Below are positions 1-28,848 of a stretch of 64,000 bases of DNA, one piece after another. The stretch is from an uncultured Acidobacteriota bacterium (GTDB taxonomy: Bacteria > Acidobacteriota > Thermoanaerobaculia > Multivoradales > UBA5704). The DNA is taken from positions 1,952,001 to 2,016,000 of the forward strand of contig CAVYRF010000002.1 in assembly GCA_963770895.1 (NCBI GenBank), written 5' to 3'. The position numbers and the translations under genes were made by a program. The notes beneath the pieces are model-generated. The model was not told the DNA's origin and did no database searches. It saw nothing but the letters and a program-made list of their open reading frames with translations. How positions within the stretch are numbered: the first letter of the stretch is position 1; the number at the start of each line of letters is the position of its first letter.

Positions 1-18942
<18,942 letters not shown>

Positions 18943-19183
18943 GAACTTGTGCGTTACTCCGATGTTCTCTGTTTGCCGCCGCAATTGTCGAATAAGCGAT
19001 GTCAGGCCTGCGGCCTGCCGCCCGCTTGCAGCGGCGTCTACTGCTGAAGGTCCCCCACTATAACCAAGGCTGCAGAAGAGGGAGGCGGCAACGACCCTGG
19101 AAGTGGCGTCATTTGACGGTATTCATGCGTCACCGCCGAATGGCGCGGGCAGCTGGCAGGCCGATGGGCCGAGGCGGTGGCGC

Positions 19184-19387
19184 CTACCACAACTCGGCGA
19201 GCCGCACCCGCCGGTGCCGGGCACCGGCGGCGGTGGAAGGCTGGGGGTCGGAAGGAAGAGTTTTCAGCAGATCACGATGGTGCAGGTGAAGGTGCCGCTC
19301 GCGTGCATAGACGCCCAGGCCGACGAGGCCGATGAGCAGGTTGTAACCGCCCGGCCAGGGACCGTCTGTCAGGGCATCCATCAGCAC
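19184..19387 (-). pseudogene. LanC-like (lanthionine cyclase) internal fragment
   Basis: LMDALTDGPWPGGYNLLIGLVGLGVYARER resembles the LanC-family 'PW..dYDLisGLvGfGVYalER' segment (recognised from memory); in-frame stop just upstream; resemblance lost after about 35 aa. Confidence 0.6.
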
Positions 19388-19509
19388 GAACGAGCTGCGC
19401 GGAGCTGCTCAAACGAGACCTGGAAGAGACCGCCTTGGTGCGAGAAGAGGCGGCGCCCAGCGCGCCGCCCAGATCGACATCCCAGAGCCGTGGCCTCAGG
19501 CTACGGCTA

Positions 19510-19689
19510 TCAGCAATACCCCTGGCCACAGAGCGTGGGGCAGGTACAGGTGACGCAGGAGACCGTACAGGCGCAGGTCCTTTCAAACCTGGCCGTGTTG
19601 GCCCCGCCGTTCGCCTGGACGAGATCCGGCGCGCCCAGACCGCGCACCGTATCGCGATTGAGCTGCAGCTTCTTGCGGGTCTTCTTCAC
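19510..19689 (-). CDS. RiPP/class I lanthipeptide-like precursor peptide P1 (59 aa)
   Basis: AGGGAGG RBS, GTG start; MKKTRKKLQLNRDTVRGLGAPDLVQANGG|ANTARFERTCACTVSCVTCTCPTLCGQGYC*; KLxLxRxT leader, double-Gly site, 7 Cys and 7 Ser/Thr in the core. Below the ORF-track size cut-off. Confidence 0.88.
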   Translation of the reverse strand: MKKTRKKLQLNRDTVRGLGAPDLVQANGGANTARFERTCACTVSCVTCTCPTLCGQGYC

Positions 19690-20064
19690 ATCGCCTCCCT
19701 TGCTAGACCTCGTTCGACGTCGTTGTCAAACGAGGCGCCGCCCGGCAGCGACGCCGCATCCGGCCTGAAGAGCTGCCGGGCCGGCGTCACCAGGGGCCAT
19801 GCCCTGCTCGCCCCCGCATTAACATGCGCACTTGAGCGACAAGAAGTGACATCATCTGCCCGACGGTCAAACCGGTCGCCTGCGCCTGAGGCAGCACCAG
19901 GCGGGAGCCCTGTTTCAAAACGGCGGCACCGGCCGCGATTGCCGGCGGGCTGTCGTCGCTGGGGGCCATCTGCCCCAGCGGGGCGCAGCGGGCTTGCACG
20001 CCCTCAGCAAGCCCGCCACCATGGCGGGCGAGCGCTCAGGGTCATCCTTCGCACGAACCCGCCG

Positions 20065-20772
20065 ATGACCCGAGCCGAGAAAGCGCGCCGCATCTTAGCG
20101 ATCCTCGACGCCCTCTACCCCGAGGTCGCGATCCCCTTACAGCATGCCGATCCCTTCACGCTGCTCGTCGCCGTCGTGCTCTCGGCGCAGACGACCGACA
20201 AGCTGGTCAACGAGGTGACGCCGGCGCTCTTCGCCCGCGCCGCGACACCGCAGGCGATGGCCGCTCTGCCGGTCGAGGAGATCGCGCGGCTCATCCGCCG
20301 CATCGGGCTCACGGCTATGAAGGCGAAGCACTTGAAGCGTCTCTCCGAGATCCTGGTCGCGGAGCATGGCGGCGAGGTGCCGCAGACGTTCGCCGCCCTC
20401 GAAGCGCTCCCCGGCGTCGGCCACAAGACCGCCTCCGTCGTCCTGAACCAGGCCTTCGGTCTCGCCACCTTCGCCGTCGACACCCACATCCATCGCCTCG
20501 CCGCGCGCTGGGGCCTGTCCTCGGGCAGGAACGTGGTGGAGACCGAGCGCGACCTGAAGCGCCTCTTCCCCGAGGACGCCTGGGGCCGCGCGCACCTCGA
20601 GATCATCTACTTCGGCCGCGAATACTGCCCCGCCCTCCGCCACGATCTCGACGCCTGCCCAATCTGCTCCTGGGCCGCGTCTAAAAAACGCAAGGAGGCG
20701 GAGCGGAAGAGGAACCGCGGTCTAGCCCGGCGGCCCGCCCCTAGTGCCCCGAGTCAGAAATTCACACCATAA
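20065..20772 (+). CDS. nth: Endonuclease III (HhH-GPD DNA glycosylase)
   Basis: LLVAVVLSAQTTD, HhH motif LPGVGHKTA, VDTH, C-terminal CPALRHDLDACPIC. Confidence 0.93.
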   Translation: MTRAEKARRILAILDALYPEVAIPLQHADPFTLLVAVVLSAQTTDKLVNEVTPALFARAATPQAMAALPVEEIARLIRRIGLTAMKAKHLKRLSEILVAEHGGEVPQTFAALEALPGVGHKTASVVLNQAFGLATFAVDTHIHRLAARWGLSSGRNVVETERDLKRLFPEDAWGRAHLEIIYFGREYCPALRHDLDACPICSWAASKKRKEAERKRNRGLARRPAPSAPSQKFTP

Positions 20773-20906
20773 TTCGGCGGCCCCCCACGCCCCTGGCGGC
20801 GTTGCGCCTCCTCGACATAGGTTCGACTATGCCTGCGGCGGCGCGCCTGGCCAGGAGCGCGGATGACTCGCCGACTTATGCCGCTAATTTCTGACTCGGG
20901 ACACTG
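20742..20906. mobile_element. MITE-like palindromic element (165 bp)
   Basis: TAGTGCCCCGAGTCAGAAATT (20742-20762) is the reverse complement of AATTTCTGACTCGGGACACTG (20886-20906) at 19/21 positions; pairing continues internally (CATAATTCGGCG / CGCCGACTTATG). Confidence 0.75.
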
Positions 20907-21078
20907 GCGATTTACGGCGGCTGTCGGCTGCTGGGCGAAATCGACCCTGCTGCTTACCCGAAGCTGAGGAGCGGGCCGGCGGGCAGGGCCAAGTTTTCGC
21001 CTTGAATTGGTGCACCCCCATCAGGCAGGGCGCGCCATACGGCGGGGAGCGCCGGGCGGATTGATATCATTGCCGCCC

Positions 21079-21609
21079 ATGGAGGGTGCTGCTCCGGAGA
21101 TCGAGTTCGACACCGCGGCCGCCTCCGATGCGCCAGCCCTCGCCGCCTTGCACGGGGCGATCGCCGACGACCTCACCGCCCGCTGTGGCAGGGGCCACTG
21201 GTCGTTGCGCGCGAGCGAGAGGGGGGTCCTCCTGGCGCTGCGCACCGCGCGGGTCCGCGTCGCCCGTCGCGGCGGTGCGATCTGCGCCACCTACGCGCTC
21301 GTCAGCAAGAAGCCGTGGGCGATCGACATCCGCTTCTTCACCGCGTGCGCCCGCGCCCTCTACCTCGTCAACATGGCGGTCGATCCTGCCCACCAGCGCC
21401 GGGGCCTCGGCCGTCTGTGCTTGGCCGATGCGAAAGCTGTGGCGGTGGACGTCGCGGCGTCGGCCAGGGGCCGGGTCGGCGCCATCCGGCTGGACACCTA
21501 CGACGGCGCCGCCGGCGCGGCAGGCTTCTACGCCAAGGCCGGCCTGCGCGAGGTCGGCCGGGTCGTCTACCGGCAGACGCCGCTGGTCTATTTCGAGCTG
21601 CTGCTCTGA
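21079..21609 (+). CDS. GNAT family N-acetyltransferase
   Basis: MAVDPAHQRRGLGR acetyl-CoA motif A; AAGFYAKAG motif B. Confidence 0.85.
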   Translation: MEGAAPEIEFDTAAASDAPALAALHGAIADDLTARCGRGHWSLRASERGVLLALRTARVRVARRGGAICATYALVSKKPWAIDIRFFTACARALYLVNMAVDPAHQRRGLGRLCLADAKAVAVDVAASARGRVGAIRLDTYDGAAGAAGFYAKAGLREVGRVVYRQTPLVYFELLL

Positions 21610-21765
21610 TCCAACTTGCGCGACGCCCGTTTATGGGCTCGCCAGCGGCCTTTTTCCTCAGCCGCGAGCCTGTGGGGCGATGAGGGAGCTTGCGTGAACC
21701 GGCTGCGCCCCCCGGCGGCGGGCCAGGATGGAACGACCGCTGCCTCGCAGTCGGGGCGACGCGAA

Positions 21766-22583
21766 CTACCCGAATTCAACATCCGTCGGATGATTTTGAC
21801 GCACGACCGTATTGCGATGCACCGACACGAGGGCGGCGCCACCCTCGACAAAGATGCCGCCGCCGCGCCCGCACGGACTGCCGTTGCCAACGATGACACT
21901 ACCACCGAGCTGGACGCCGATCGGTGCGTTGAAATAGATGCCAGCTCCTGCGCACCAAGCAGCGCGCAGGGTATTGTCCGTCACGCGGCTGCGCCACATT
22001 CGCAATTTGCTGCGCTCGCACCAGATCCCACCTCCACGGGCACCGGCCCCAGAATAAACTTCGTTGGCCTGGACGGTGCCGCCGGCAATTTCCACCTGGC
22101 AGTTCTGAAAGAAGAGACCGCCGCCGCCGCCGTGCCGCCGTTCACCACGTTTCCCACGATGGTGGTCTTCTGGATTCGAACGCTTGAATTTCGGCAATAC
22201 ATGCCGGCGCCGAAGAGTTCGTCAGCACCCTCGCCGATACGGTTACCAGCCACGATGGAGTCCTGAAGGCTGAGCGACGAGTTCATCACCCAAAGGCCCC
22301 GGTTGCATGCATTCGAACGGATTTCGACGCCGCTCAGATGAAGGCTCGACCGCTCCACGCAAAGTACCGCCAACCCACCGTCGCCACTGATGGTGACGCC
22401 CCGCCTGGTTAGCAAGGCGCTCTGAATTACAACGTCTTGCTTATCGCGGATGCTCAGGCTCTCTGCATACACCTCAGGCGCCACAACGATGGTGGTGCGA
22501 CCCCTCGCCGCATCGATCGCAGCCTGAATCGTCAGGAACTGCTGTGGGACAAGGAACACCTCGTGTGCAACGGTCGCCGCCAT
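21766..22583 (-). pseudogene. Right-handed beta-helix (pectin-lyase-like) protein, frameshifted near 22135
   Basis: TIQAAIDAA...YAESL N-terminus and GAGMYC/GGGIWC/GGGIFV repeats are split over two frames at a (GGC)n run. Confidence 0.7.
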
Positions 22584-22589
22584 CGGTCG

Positions 22590-23066
22590 CTAGATGCCAG
22601 GACGCTGAACCGCCCCATCGCCGGTGAGAATGCGACGCGCATAGTCGATCTGGCCGAGATGCCAGTTCAGGTGTCCGTAGAGGTGGACGAGAAATGCCTG
22701 CGTCGAAAGGGCCCTTTCGAGCACCACTTGCGGGTACTCGCTCTCCATCTCGGCCGAGGAAAGCCCTTCCAGAACACCAGGAATGAGGGTCGTCAGCTCC
22801 GCAATCCGCGCCCCCAGCTCCGCCCTGCCAATACCCGTTGAGCTGAACTCCATTTCGCGCTGCCGGCTGTACGGCACCTTGCCCAGCTGGCGGCCGATAT
22901 ACTCCCTCAGGTTCCCTTCCAGGTGAAGCACAAGGTTCCCCGGCGAATTGGCGATTCCGGGAAGCCTCTGCCACAGCACCTGGTCATCAGGGAAAGCCTT
23001 GACCTGCTCATAGAGCATGGCGAGGTCGCGCCGAAACAACACCGCAAGGTCTCGCGTGAAGCTCAT
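22590..23066 (-). CDS. DinB/DUF1572 family protein
   Basis: NSPGNLVLHLEGNL...R.REMEF...HLNWHLGQI, the DinB His-triad pattern. Confidence 0.85.
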   Translation of the reverse strand: MSFTRDLAVLFRRDLAMLYEQVKAFPDDQVLWQRLPGIANSPGNLVLHLEGNLREYIGRQLGKVPYSRQREMEFSSTGIGRAELGARIAELTTLIPGVLEGLSSAEMESEYPQVVLERALSTQAFLVHLYGHLNWHLGQIDYARRILTGDGAVQRPGI

Positions 23067-23283
23067 GGCAGTTTGAACCGGCCGATAACGCTGCCGTGCT
23101 TGAGGATAGCAGTGTAGGTTCTGGCGGGCATTCGTAGCCTCCGACTCGATCTTAGCACCGGGTGCCAGCGAGGTGCTGACCAGCCAGAAACGAGCCGAAA
23201 ACGCCGTCTCGCCCGGCCCGCACTCGTCACCGGCCGAGAGGGGCGTCTCAGCCGGTGACTCGATGGTTGGAGTAAAGCGGCGG

Positions 23284-23463
23284 TCAGCCGTTGGCGATGG
23301 AGCAGACGTCCTGAGACCAGGTGGTACAGCCGAAGACGCGCTCGGTGGTATAGCAGGCCCACGTTGCGAGCGGGGCGCCGGCGGCAGCGCGCGTGAGCTC
23401 TTGCGGGGTGAGGCGGCGCAGGGATTCACGATGCAGCGGAAGCTTCTGGAGCTGGGTTTTCAT
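23284..23463 (-). CDS. RiPP/lanthipeptide-like precursor peptide P2 (59 aa)
   Basis: MKTQLQKLPLHRESLRRLTPQELTRAAAG|APLATWACYTTERVFGCTTWSQDVCSIANG*; leader aligns without gaps to P1; core has 3 Cys and 7 Ser/Thr. Confidence 0.75.
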   Translation of the reverse strand: MKTQLQKLPLHRESLRRLTPQELTRAAAGAPLATWACYTTERVFGCTTWSQDVCSIANG

Positions 23464-23773
23464 GAGAGTGGTCTTTCTGGCCTCTGGCCGTTGGTGACGA
23501 GGAGCCGGAACCGCAAGGCGCGTACCATCCCCCGGCGCCTTTCGCCTCCGGGTATAAAACCTTTCGTTTCCAAGAGCTTGGCGTTGTAGAGCGGCCTCCA
23601 GGCATGGATCGGGGTTGAGGTGGAAATGCCAGAGATGAGGCGGCTTCGCCAGAGGCTTCGCTGAGCAGGCCCACGATCCGATACATTTGGACGTAAGTTC
23701 GGTGCCATCGCACGGGTGAAGTTGCGGCATGTGGCTTGCGGTTCAGGGGCGGTGCCGAAACGGATGGAGGAGC

Positions 23774-24170
23774 ATGCGTTCGCTTGTCGATCCGGTCGAG
23801 AGCGCGCGGATGGCGGGCTTGCGCCAGGTGGCCGACGACGGACCAGGGATTCGGCGTCGGCGCCAGGAAGCCGGGTTCAGCTACCGGGATGCGGCGGGAC
23901 GGGTGGTTCACCAACGAAAGGTCCTGCGGCGGATCGCCGGCCTGGCGATCCCTCCGGCCTGGAGGGACCTGCGGGAGTTCCGCGGACTCGACGCGCCCGC
24001 CCCAAGGCGGCGGCGCCGCAGGACGGCCTCTTGGTCGGAAATCCGGGAACGGCCGCACTGGCGATCGCCTACGCTGCGGGGAGTGTTTACGGTGGACTGG
24101 AACCAGCCGGCGCCCGATGGCTCTGGAAAGCCGCTCACCCGAACGAGGTGGTCGCCACCGTCGCCGCGGA
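23774..24170 (+). pseudogene. DNA topoisomerase IB N-terminal remnant
   Basis: VDPVESARMAGLRQVADDGPGIRRRR..GFSYRD...RIAGLAIPPAWRD matches the bacterial TopIB N-terminus; the rest is degenerate and the end is approximate. Confidence 0.75.
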
Positions 24171-24202
24171 ACCGGCCTCCGTGGTCAGGTCGCCCACCGC
24201 CC

Positions 24203-25064
24203 TCAGAAGCGCATGGCTGGTCTTGCCGTGGCTGACGCCACGTCTGTCGAAAGGCTCACGTCCCACCACTGCGCGCCCTCGGCCGCCCGCGTTTTCTCGG
24301 CTTCGGCGGCGAAGCGAACCGCGTCGCTACCGATCAAGAGGTGCGCCGGAAGACGGTCACTGGATGCCAGACGAAGCACAACCTGAGCTACCTTGGCGGG
24401 ATCACTGATCTCTTTCCCCCAATACGATTTCAAGGCCTTGGCAACGGCCCCGACGGAGGGTTCATAGTCCGGGAGCAGTTCCGGCGTGGCCTGATTGGCT
24501 CGGGCGCCCCAATTCGTCCGCATGCCACCGGGTTCGAGGGCGCACACCTTCACGCCGAACGGGGACAGCTCCTGGGCAAGAGATTCCGTGAAGCCTCCGA
24601 CAGCCCATTTCGCTGCATGGTACGGCGTGCTGCCGGGCCGAGTCAGGCGGCCGCCGACCGATGATATCTGGAGGATGCAGCCGCTCCTTTGCTCGCGCAT
24701 GAGCGGTACGGCCGCACGGGTGACGTTAACCACGCCATAGAAGTTGGTATCCATCACCGCCTTGAACCTCTCCGCGCTCAGCTGTTCGAACGGCGCGATA
24801 TCGCCGTACCCGGCGTTGTTCACGACGACGTCGAGACGTCCAAATGTGGCCATCGCCATCTGCACGGCGGCCTGAGCGGCGCTTTCATCTGTCACGTCAA
24901 GAGGAACCGCGCGAACGCGATCGCCGTATTTGTTTACCAAGTCATCGAGTCGCTTTGGGTCGCGTGCCGTGGCGACGAGGCGATCGCCGGATTCGAGCAC
25001 GGCTTCCGCGATGTCTCGGCCCAAACCGCTCGCACTGCCCAGTCACTAACCACACTTTATTCAT
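24203..25064 (-). pseudogene. SDR family oxidoreductase, +1 frameshift near 25039
   Basis: AGGAGG RBS, MNKVWLVTG then a frame change to SASGLGRD; NNAG and YHAAK catalytic motifs. Confidence 0.85.
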
Positions 25065-25089
25065 CACCTCCTACCTTTCTTCCGTGCGC

Positions 25090-26113
25090 CTATTGCCTGG
25101 GTTCAGATCGTGGGAGCACTGCCCTCAACTGAGAGGGTGTCGTCCCTTCCCACGTTCGGAAGGCTCGATAGAAAGAATTCGAATCCTCGTAGCCGAGCAG
25201 AAATGCCACTTCCGTGACATCCATCTCCGGCCGATTGAGATACTCGTGCGCCAGTTCCTGCCGCGCCTCAAGAAGCAACTGCCGGAAAGTTGCGCCGTCA
25301 TCGATGATTCGCCGCTGCAAAGTCCGATCGCTCAACCCGAGTTCGCGAGCCACGGCCAATATCTTCGGCCGGCTTCCCGCGAGCAGGCGCTTGAGAATCC
25401 ATTTCACCTGCTCACTGATCGAGCTCTGCGCGCGGCGCTCTTCAAGTGCGCGTTCGAGTTGCGGATTCAGCATGTCAAAGCAACTCGGCATTGTAGGTAA
25501 GGAATGGCCGATCGAGATCGGTCGCGTGCAGGACGAGCGCATTCCGTCGCGCTCCGAACGTGATTGGGCCTTTAAAATAGGCTTCGTGGAAGCCGGTCGC
25601 CTCCGCGCTGCGCTTCAGCTCGACCCTTTTCGCCGTCACAAAATGTCCTGTGCCGCGGCGACCAAGTTCAACGAACGAGACAAAGGCGGCGTCTGTCAAC
25701 AGAGTCGGGGTTTCTTCCTGCGCGTGCAGCCACACAGGCTCGATCACGCACTCGTCCTTGCTCACTTTGATTTGCAGTTCCTCGGGCGAGCACAGTTCCT
25801 TGAAGCGAGCAAGGCGGGTGAGGGCGTCTCGGTAGTCGCGGGCGTAATAGGCCGCCATAGTTGACGGTGGCCGATTGCCAACGTCGATCTGAGTGGCGAT
25901 TTTTAGGCCCGCGGCCGGATCGGCGGAGAGCTCGCCTACGGCACGCCAGAGTGCGAAGAACTGAGCCGTCGTGACCAGGTTCTTCTTGCCGTCGTAAACA
26001 GTCAGCGGCAACCGAGCTTGGCTCAGCACGGCTGTTGGCGTAAGTCCGATCTTAGCGAGCCCTATCCAAAAGGCGTTCGCGGCTTTGAAAAGGTCTGGCA
26101 CATGGACGGTCAT
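25090..26113 (-). pseudogene. AraC family transcriptional regulator, +1 frameshift near 25478
   Basis: N-terminal ligand-binding part ends YNAELL*; DMLNPQLE...LSDRTLQRR...EVAFLLGYEDSNSFYRAFRTWEG continues in another frame. Confidence 0.85.
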
Positions 26114-26170
26114 TTTTTTCTCGCCGGTATTTCATCTGGAAGCAATCGCGCTGTCAGGACATCCCTCAGG

Positions 26171-26326
26171 TTAGCCGATTATCGCTTTGGGTTCCAGGTA
26201 CTCCTGCAGCCCGAAAATCCCGCCTTCGCGATCGACGACCTGGGTTCCATGGAGAGTGACGAATTGACCGTTGATGTAGGCACGATCAAAAGCTTTTACT
26301 GGAGTCGGGGTTGCTTGTCCGTTCAT
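26171..26326 (-). pseudogene. Aldehyde dehydrogenase with near-total in-frame internal deletion
   Basis: AYINGQFVTLHGTQVVD (ALDH-type N-terminus) fused directly to REGGIFGLQEYLEPKAIIG* (ALDH-type C-terminus); AAGGTGAG RBS retained. Confidence 0.7.
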
Positions 26327-26619
26327 TTGTCTCACCTTTATGACGTTCAGCGTTAACAAGGTCGCCGTGTCCTTCAGGGGGCCCCAGCCACAATTCCATT
26401 CTGGCTGAATAAGGTCGGCGTGTAACTAGCAAAAGACGCCAGCTCTCTCGCAAAATATGCCAAACGATCTATTGCTCGCATGGTCCCTTGTAGTCCCCAA
26501 CTTGTTTGGCATCACCGGATGGCTTAGGGAGGTATAACCGAAAGTCGTGTTTGAGGGGGTACGCCGCCTTCGCCTCCGCCATCGCTTGACCCTTCTCCGG
26601 GTAGACATAGTTCGCGGTC

Positions 26620-26735
26620 TCGCCGGCCGGCGCGATCCACTGGACGGGGCCGTCCTCGCCGGACCGGAAGGTGGTGCGCAAGGCCTCGTGGCGCTCCAGC
26701 AGCGCGGCGAAGGCCGCCTCCAGGGCGGCGACGGA
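26620..26735 (-). pseudogene. Isolated NRPS condensation-domain fragment
   Basis: ALEAAFAALLERHEALRTTFRSGEDGPVQWIAP contains the C2 motif RHExLRTxF. Confidence 0.75.
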
Positions 26736-26749
26736 AAGCTTTCCCGCCA

Positions 26750-27002
26750 GGAGGTCGGAAGGCTCATCTACGACATGGCCGTCGAAACGACCAGCTTCCC
26801 CGACGAAGACTCGATCACCCGCGCCGAGCTGCGGGCCGCGGCTGCCGAGCTGCGCTTCGTCGAAGGCTTCCTGCGCTCCGTGCGCAAGTCCGCCCAGGAT
26901 TCGTGCCTGGAACCGGCCGACGACGACCTGGCCCACTTCGCCGGCAAGCTCGCCGGAAAGGTGGGCAACGTGGCCGGCGAGATCGAAGGAGAGCTGTCAT
27001 GA
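26750..27002 (+). pseudogene. 5'-truncated copy of the hypothetical gene at 44238-44597
   Basis: VGRLIYDMAVETT.FPD.DSITRAELRAAAAELRFVEGFL...IEGELS is nearly identical to the 44.2-44.6 kb gene but lacks its N-terminus. Confidence 0.8.
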
Positions 27003-27481
27003 ACGGCCAGCCCCTGGTGAGGGTAGGGAGAACCCGAGACGCCGACGAAGCGCAGCTCATTGGGCTAGCGATCTTGAAACTCCGCCGAGAATCCGGCATC
27101 ACCCTGCGGCAGCTTGCCGCGCAGGCTGGGTGTACCTCGACGGCCCTGACCCAATACGAGCAGGGCAGCCGCCAGCCAAGTGCGCCCACCCTCCAGCGCA
27201 TCGTGGCAGCGATGGGCTTCACCCTGACGGATCTTTACCGAGCCCAGCAAAGCACCGCTGGCCAGGGAGGCCCGCCGGAAGATGGCACCCTACCGCCGGA
27301 TACCCGGACGCCGCCGGCGAGATCCCACAAGGACACCCTGCGGCTGGCTCAGGAGTGCGGCAAAGCCGTGGCGCACTGCTGCCTGGCCTTCATGGAGCTA
27401 CAGTCCGGGACCTGGCGCGCCCGAGGTGCCGGCGCCACCACCGCTGCGTCCGCCGCCACGCCGGCACTGGAGGCCGAATGA
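26999..27481 (+). CDS. XRE-family helix-turn-helix regulator
   Basis: LKLRRESGITLRQLAAQAGCTSTALTQYEQGSRQPSAPTLQRI; ATGA overlap with the upstream gene. Confidence 0.85.
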   Translation: MNGQPLVRVGRTRDADEAQLIGLAILKLRRESGITLRQLAAQAGCTSTALTQYEQGSRQPSAPTLQRIVAAMGFTLTDLYRAQQSTAGQGGPPEDGTLPPDTRTPPARSHKDTLRLAQECGKAVAHCCLAFMELQSGTWRARGAGATTAASAATPALEAE

Positions 27482-27777
27482 CCATGGGCCAATTCGACAC
27501 GGTGAACGTGGACGTGCTCTCGGCGGCCTTCCAGACCCAGCAACTCGGCGAGGGCATGCTGACCTACCGCCTGCGCGCTGACGGCCGCCTGGTGGCCCCT
27601 TGCGGCGTCGTGGTCGCCTACCACGGACTGCTCCACCTGATGGGCGAGGACGGCGCCGAGTTCATGGCCATCTTCACGCACGGGAGCCTGGAATCGCTCG
27701 ACCCCCTGGTCGAAGAAGTCTCCGACGTGTACCGGTTGCTGGGCCGCGGTTTCCTGTGGGCGCGGCACTCCTGGTGA
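27478..27777 (+). CDS. Hypothetical protein (MGxFDT...FQT family, probably phage/MGE-associated)
   Basis: Translationally coupled to the XRE gene; its 5' end recurs truncated at about 43640-43717. Confidence 0.6.
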   Translation: MTMGQFDTVNVDVLSAAFQTQQLGEGMLTYRLRADGRLVAPCGVVVAYHGLLHLMGEDGAEFMAIFTHGSLESLDPLVEEVSDVYRLLGRGFLWARHSW

Positions 27778-27939
27778 CCTGATAATTCCCGGCCAGCCGG
27801 CGAGGCGATCGTTTCCCACGCCTCGCCGGCTGGCAGGCGCCGGAAGCGCCCCCGGCGAGTCATGCCTGCAAGTACGACCCGTCAGCCAGTCTGCACCCGG
27901 GGGGCGATGAACAGCCGGGTTCCAGCTGGTGGTGCGGAT

Positions 27940-28227
27940 CTAGGCAGCCGAGAGGCGCTTGACGCGCAGCGAGGCGCGCTTCTTCTCGGCCTGCCAGAGG
28001 TCGTATTGAAGCTGCTGGTCAAGCCAACTCTCGGCTGTGGTGTTGAACGCCAGCGAGAGCCGGACCGCCATCTCGGGGCTGATCCCCGACCGGCCGTTGA
28101 TGATCGCCGAAAGCGTCCTACGGCTCACTCCCAACCCATCCGCGGCGGCGGTGACAGTTAGGCCGAGCGGCTCCAGGCAGAAAGACTTGAGCACTTCTCC
28201 GGGATGCGGTGGGTGGTGCATCTTCAT
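27940..28227 (-). CDS. higA: HigA antitoxin
   Basis: HPPHPGEVL...[29 protein letters not shown]...WLDQQ. Confidence 0.92.
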   Translation of the reverse strand: MKMHHPPHPGEVLKSFCLEPLGLTVTAAADGLGVSRRTLSAIINGRSGISPEMAVRLSLAFNTTAESWLDQQLQYDLWQAEKKRASLRVKRLSAA

Positions 28228-28239
28228 TGGTGCCGCTCC

Positions 28240-28521
28240 TTAATGATAATCCTCGTAGTCCACCTGGTCCGCGTCGCTTCCGACGAATACGAACGTGACC
28301 CGCCAGTTGCCGCTCACGCGGACGGACCAAGTTCCCCGACGGTCTCCCTTTAGGGGATGCAGTTGAAGGCCCGGTAGGCCCATGTCTCTCGGCTCCCTGG
28401 CCACGTTGAGCCTGCCTAAGATGAGCCTCAGCCGGTCTGCATGTTCGGCTTGGACTTTGGAGGCTTTCCCCGCAGTAAAAAGGAGTTCGAGGCCTTTATG
28501 CCGGAAGCTGCGGATAGTCAC
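28240..28521 (-). CDS. higB: HigB (RelE-family) toxin
   Basis: IRSFRHKGL...LHPLKGDRRGTWSVRVSGNWRVTF...VDYEDYH, upstream of higA. Confidence 0.92.
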   Translation of the reverse strand: MTIRSFRHKGLELLFTAGKASKVQAEHADRLRLILGRLNVAREPRDMGLPGLQLHPLKGDRRGTWSVRVSGNWRVTFVFVGSDADQVDYEDYH

Positions 28522-28848
28522 TTCAGGAGTGTAACCCTTCCCTTCTCAGTCTGCAAGTCGTTGGCGACGCCACCCCCAAATTCGCATGCCGTTTTGTCGA
28601 AGCGGCAGAGGTAACCCGAGTAGCGGTTTCCCGGCGCATCCAGGCCCGCGATCTCACCTGCGACGTGCACCGCACTCTACGCGGCAGGACCGACCTGAGG
28701 CTGTTGTGCACGTGCTGGCGATCGTAGAAGCAGTTGACATGGCGCCGCCGACGCTATCGCGGCTGCCGCAACCGCCGCCGCCACAGGTTATATAATGGGC
28801 CGGCATAAGCAGGATACCGCATCCCAAGGACCGCGGTAGGAGGACGGA

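Noticed and set aside
19435-20064. Long N-terminal extension of nth in the ORF track
   Set aside because: Nth homology begins at Met 20065; the extension overlaps precursor P1 on the opposite strand.
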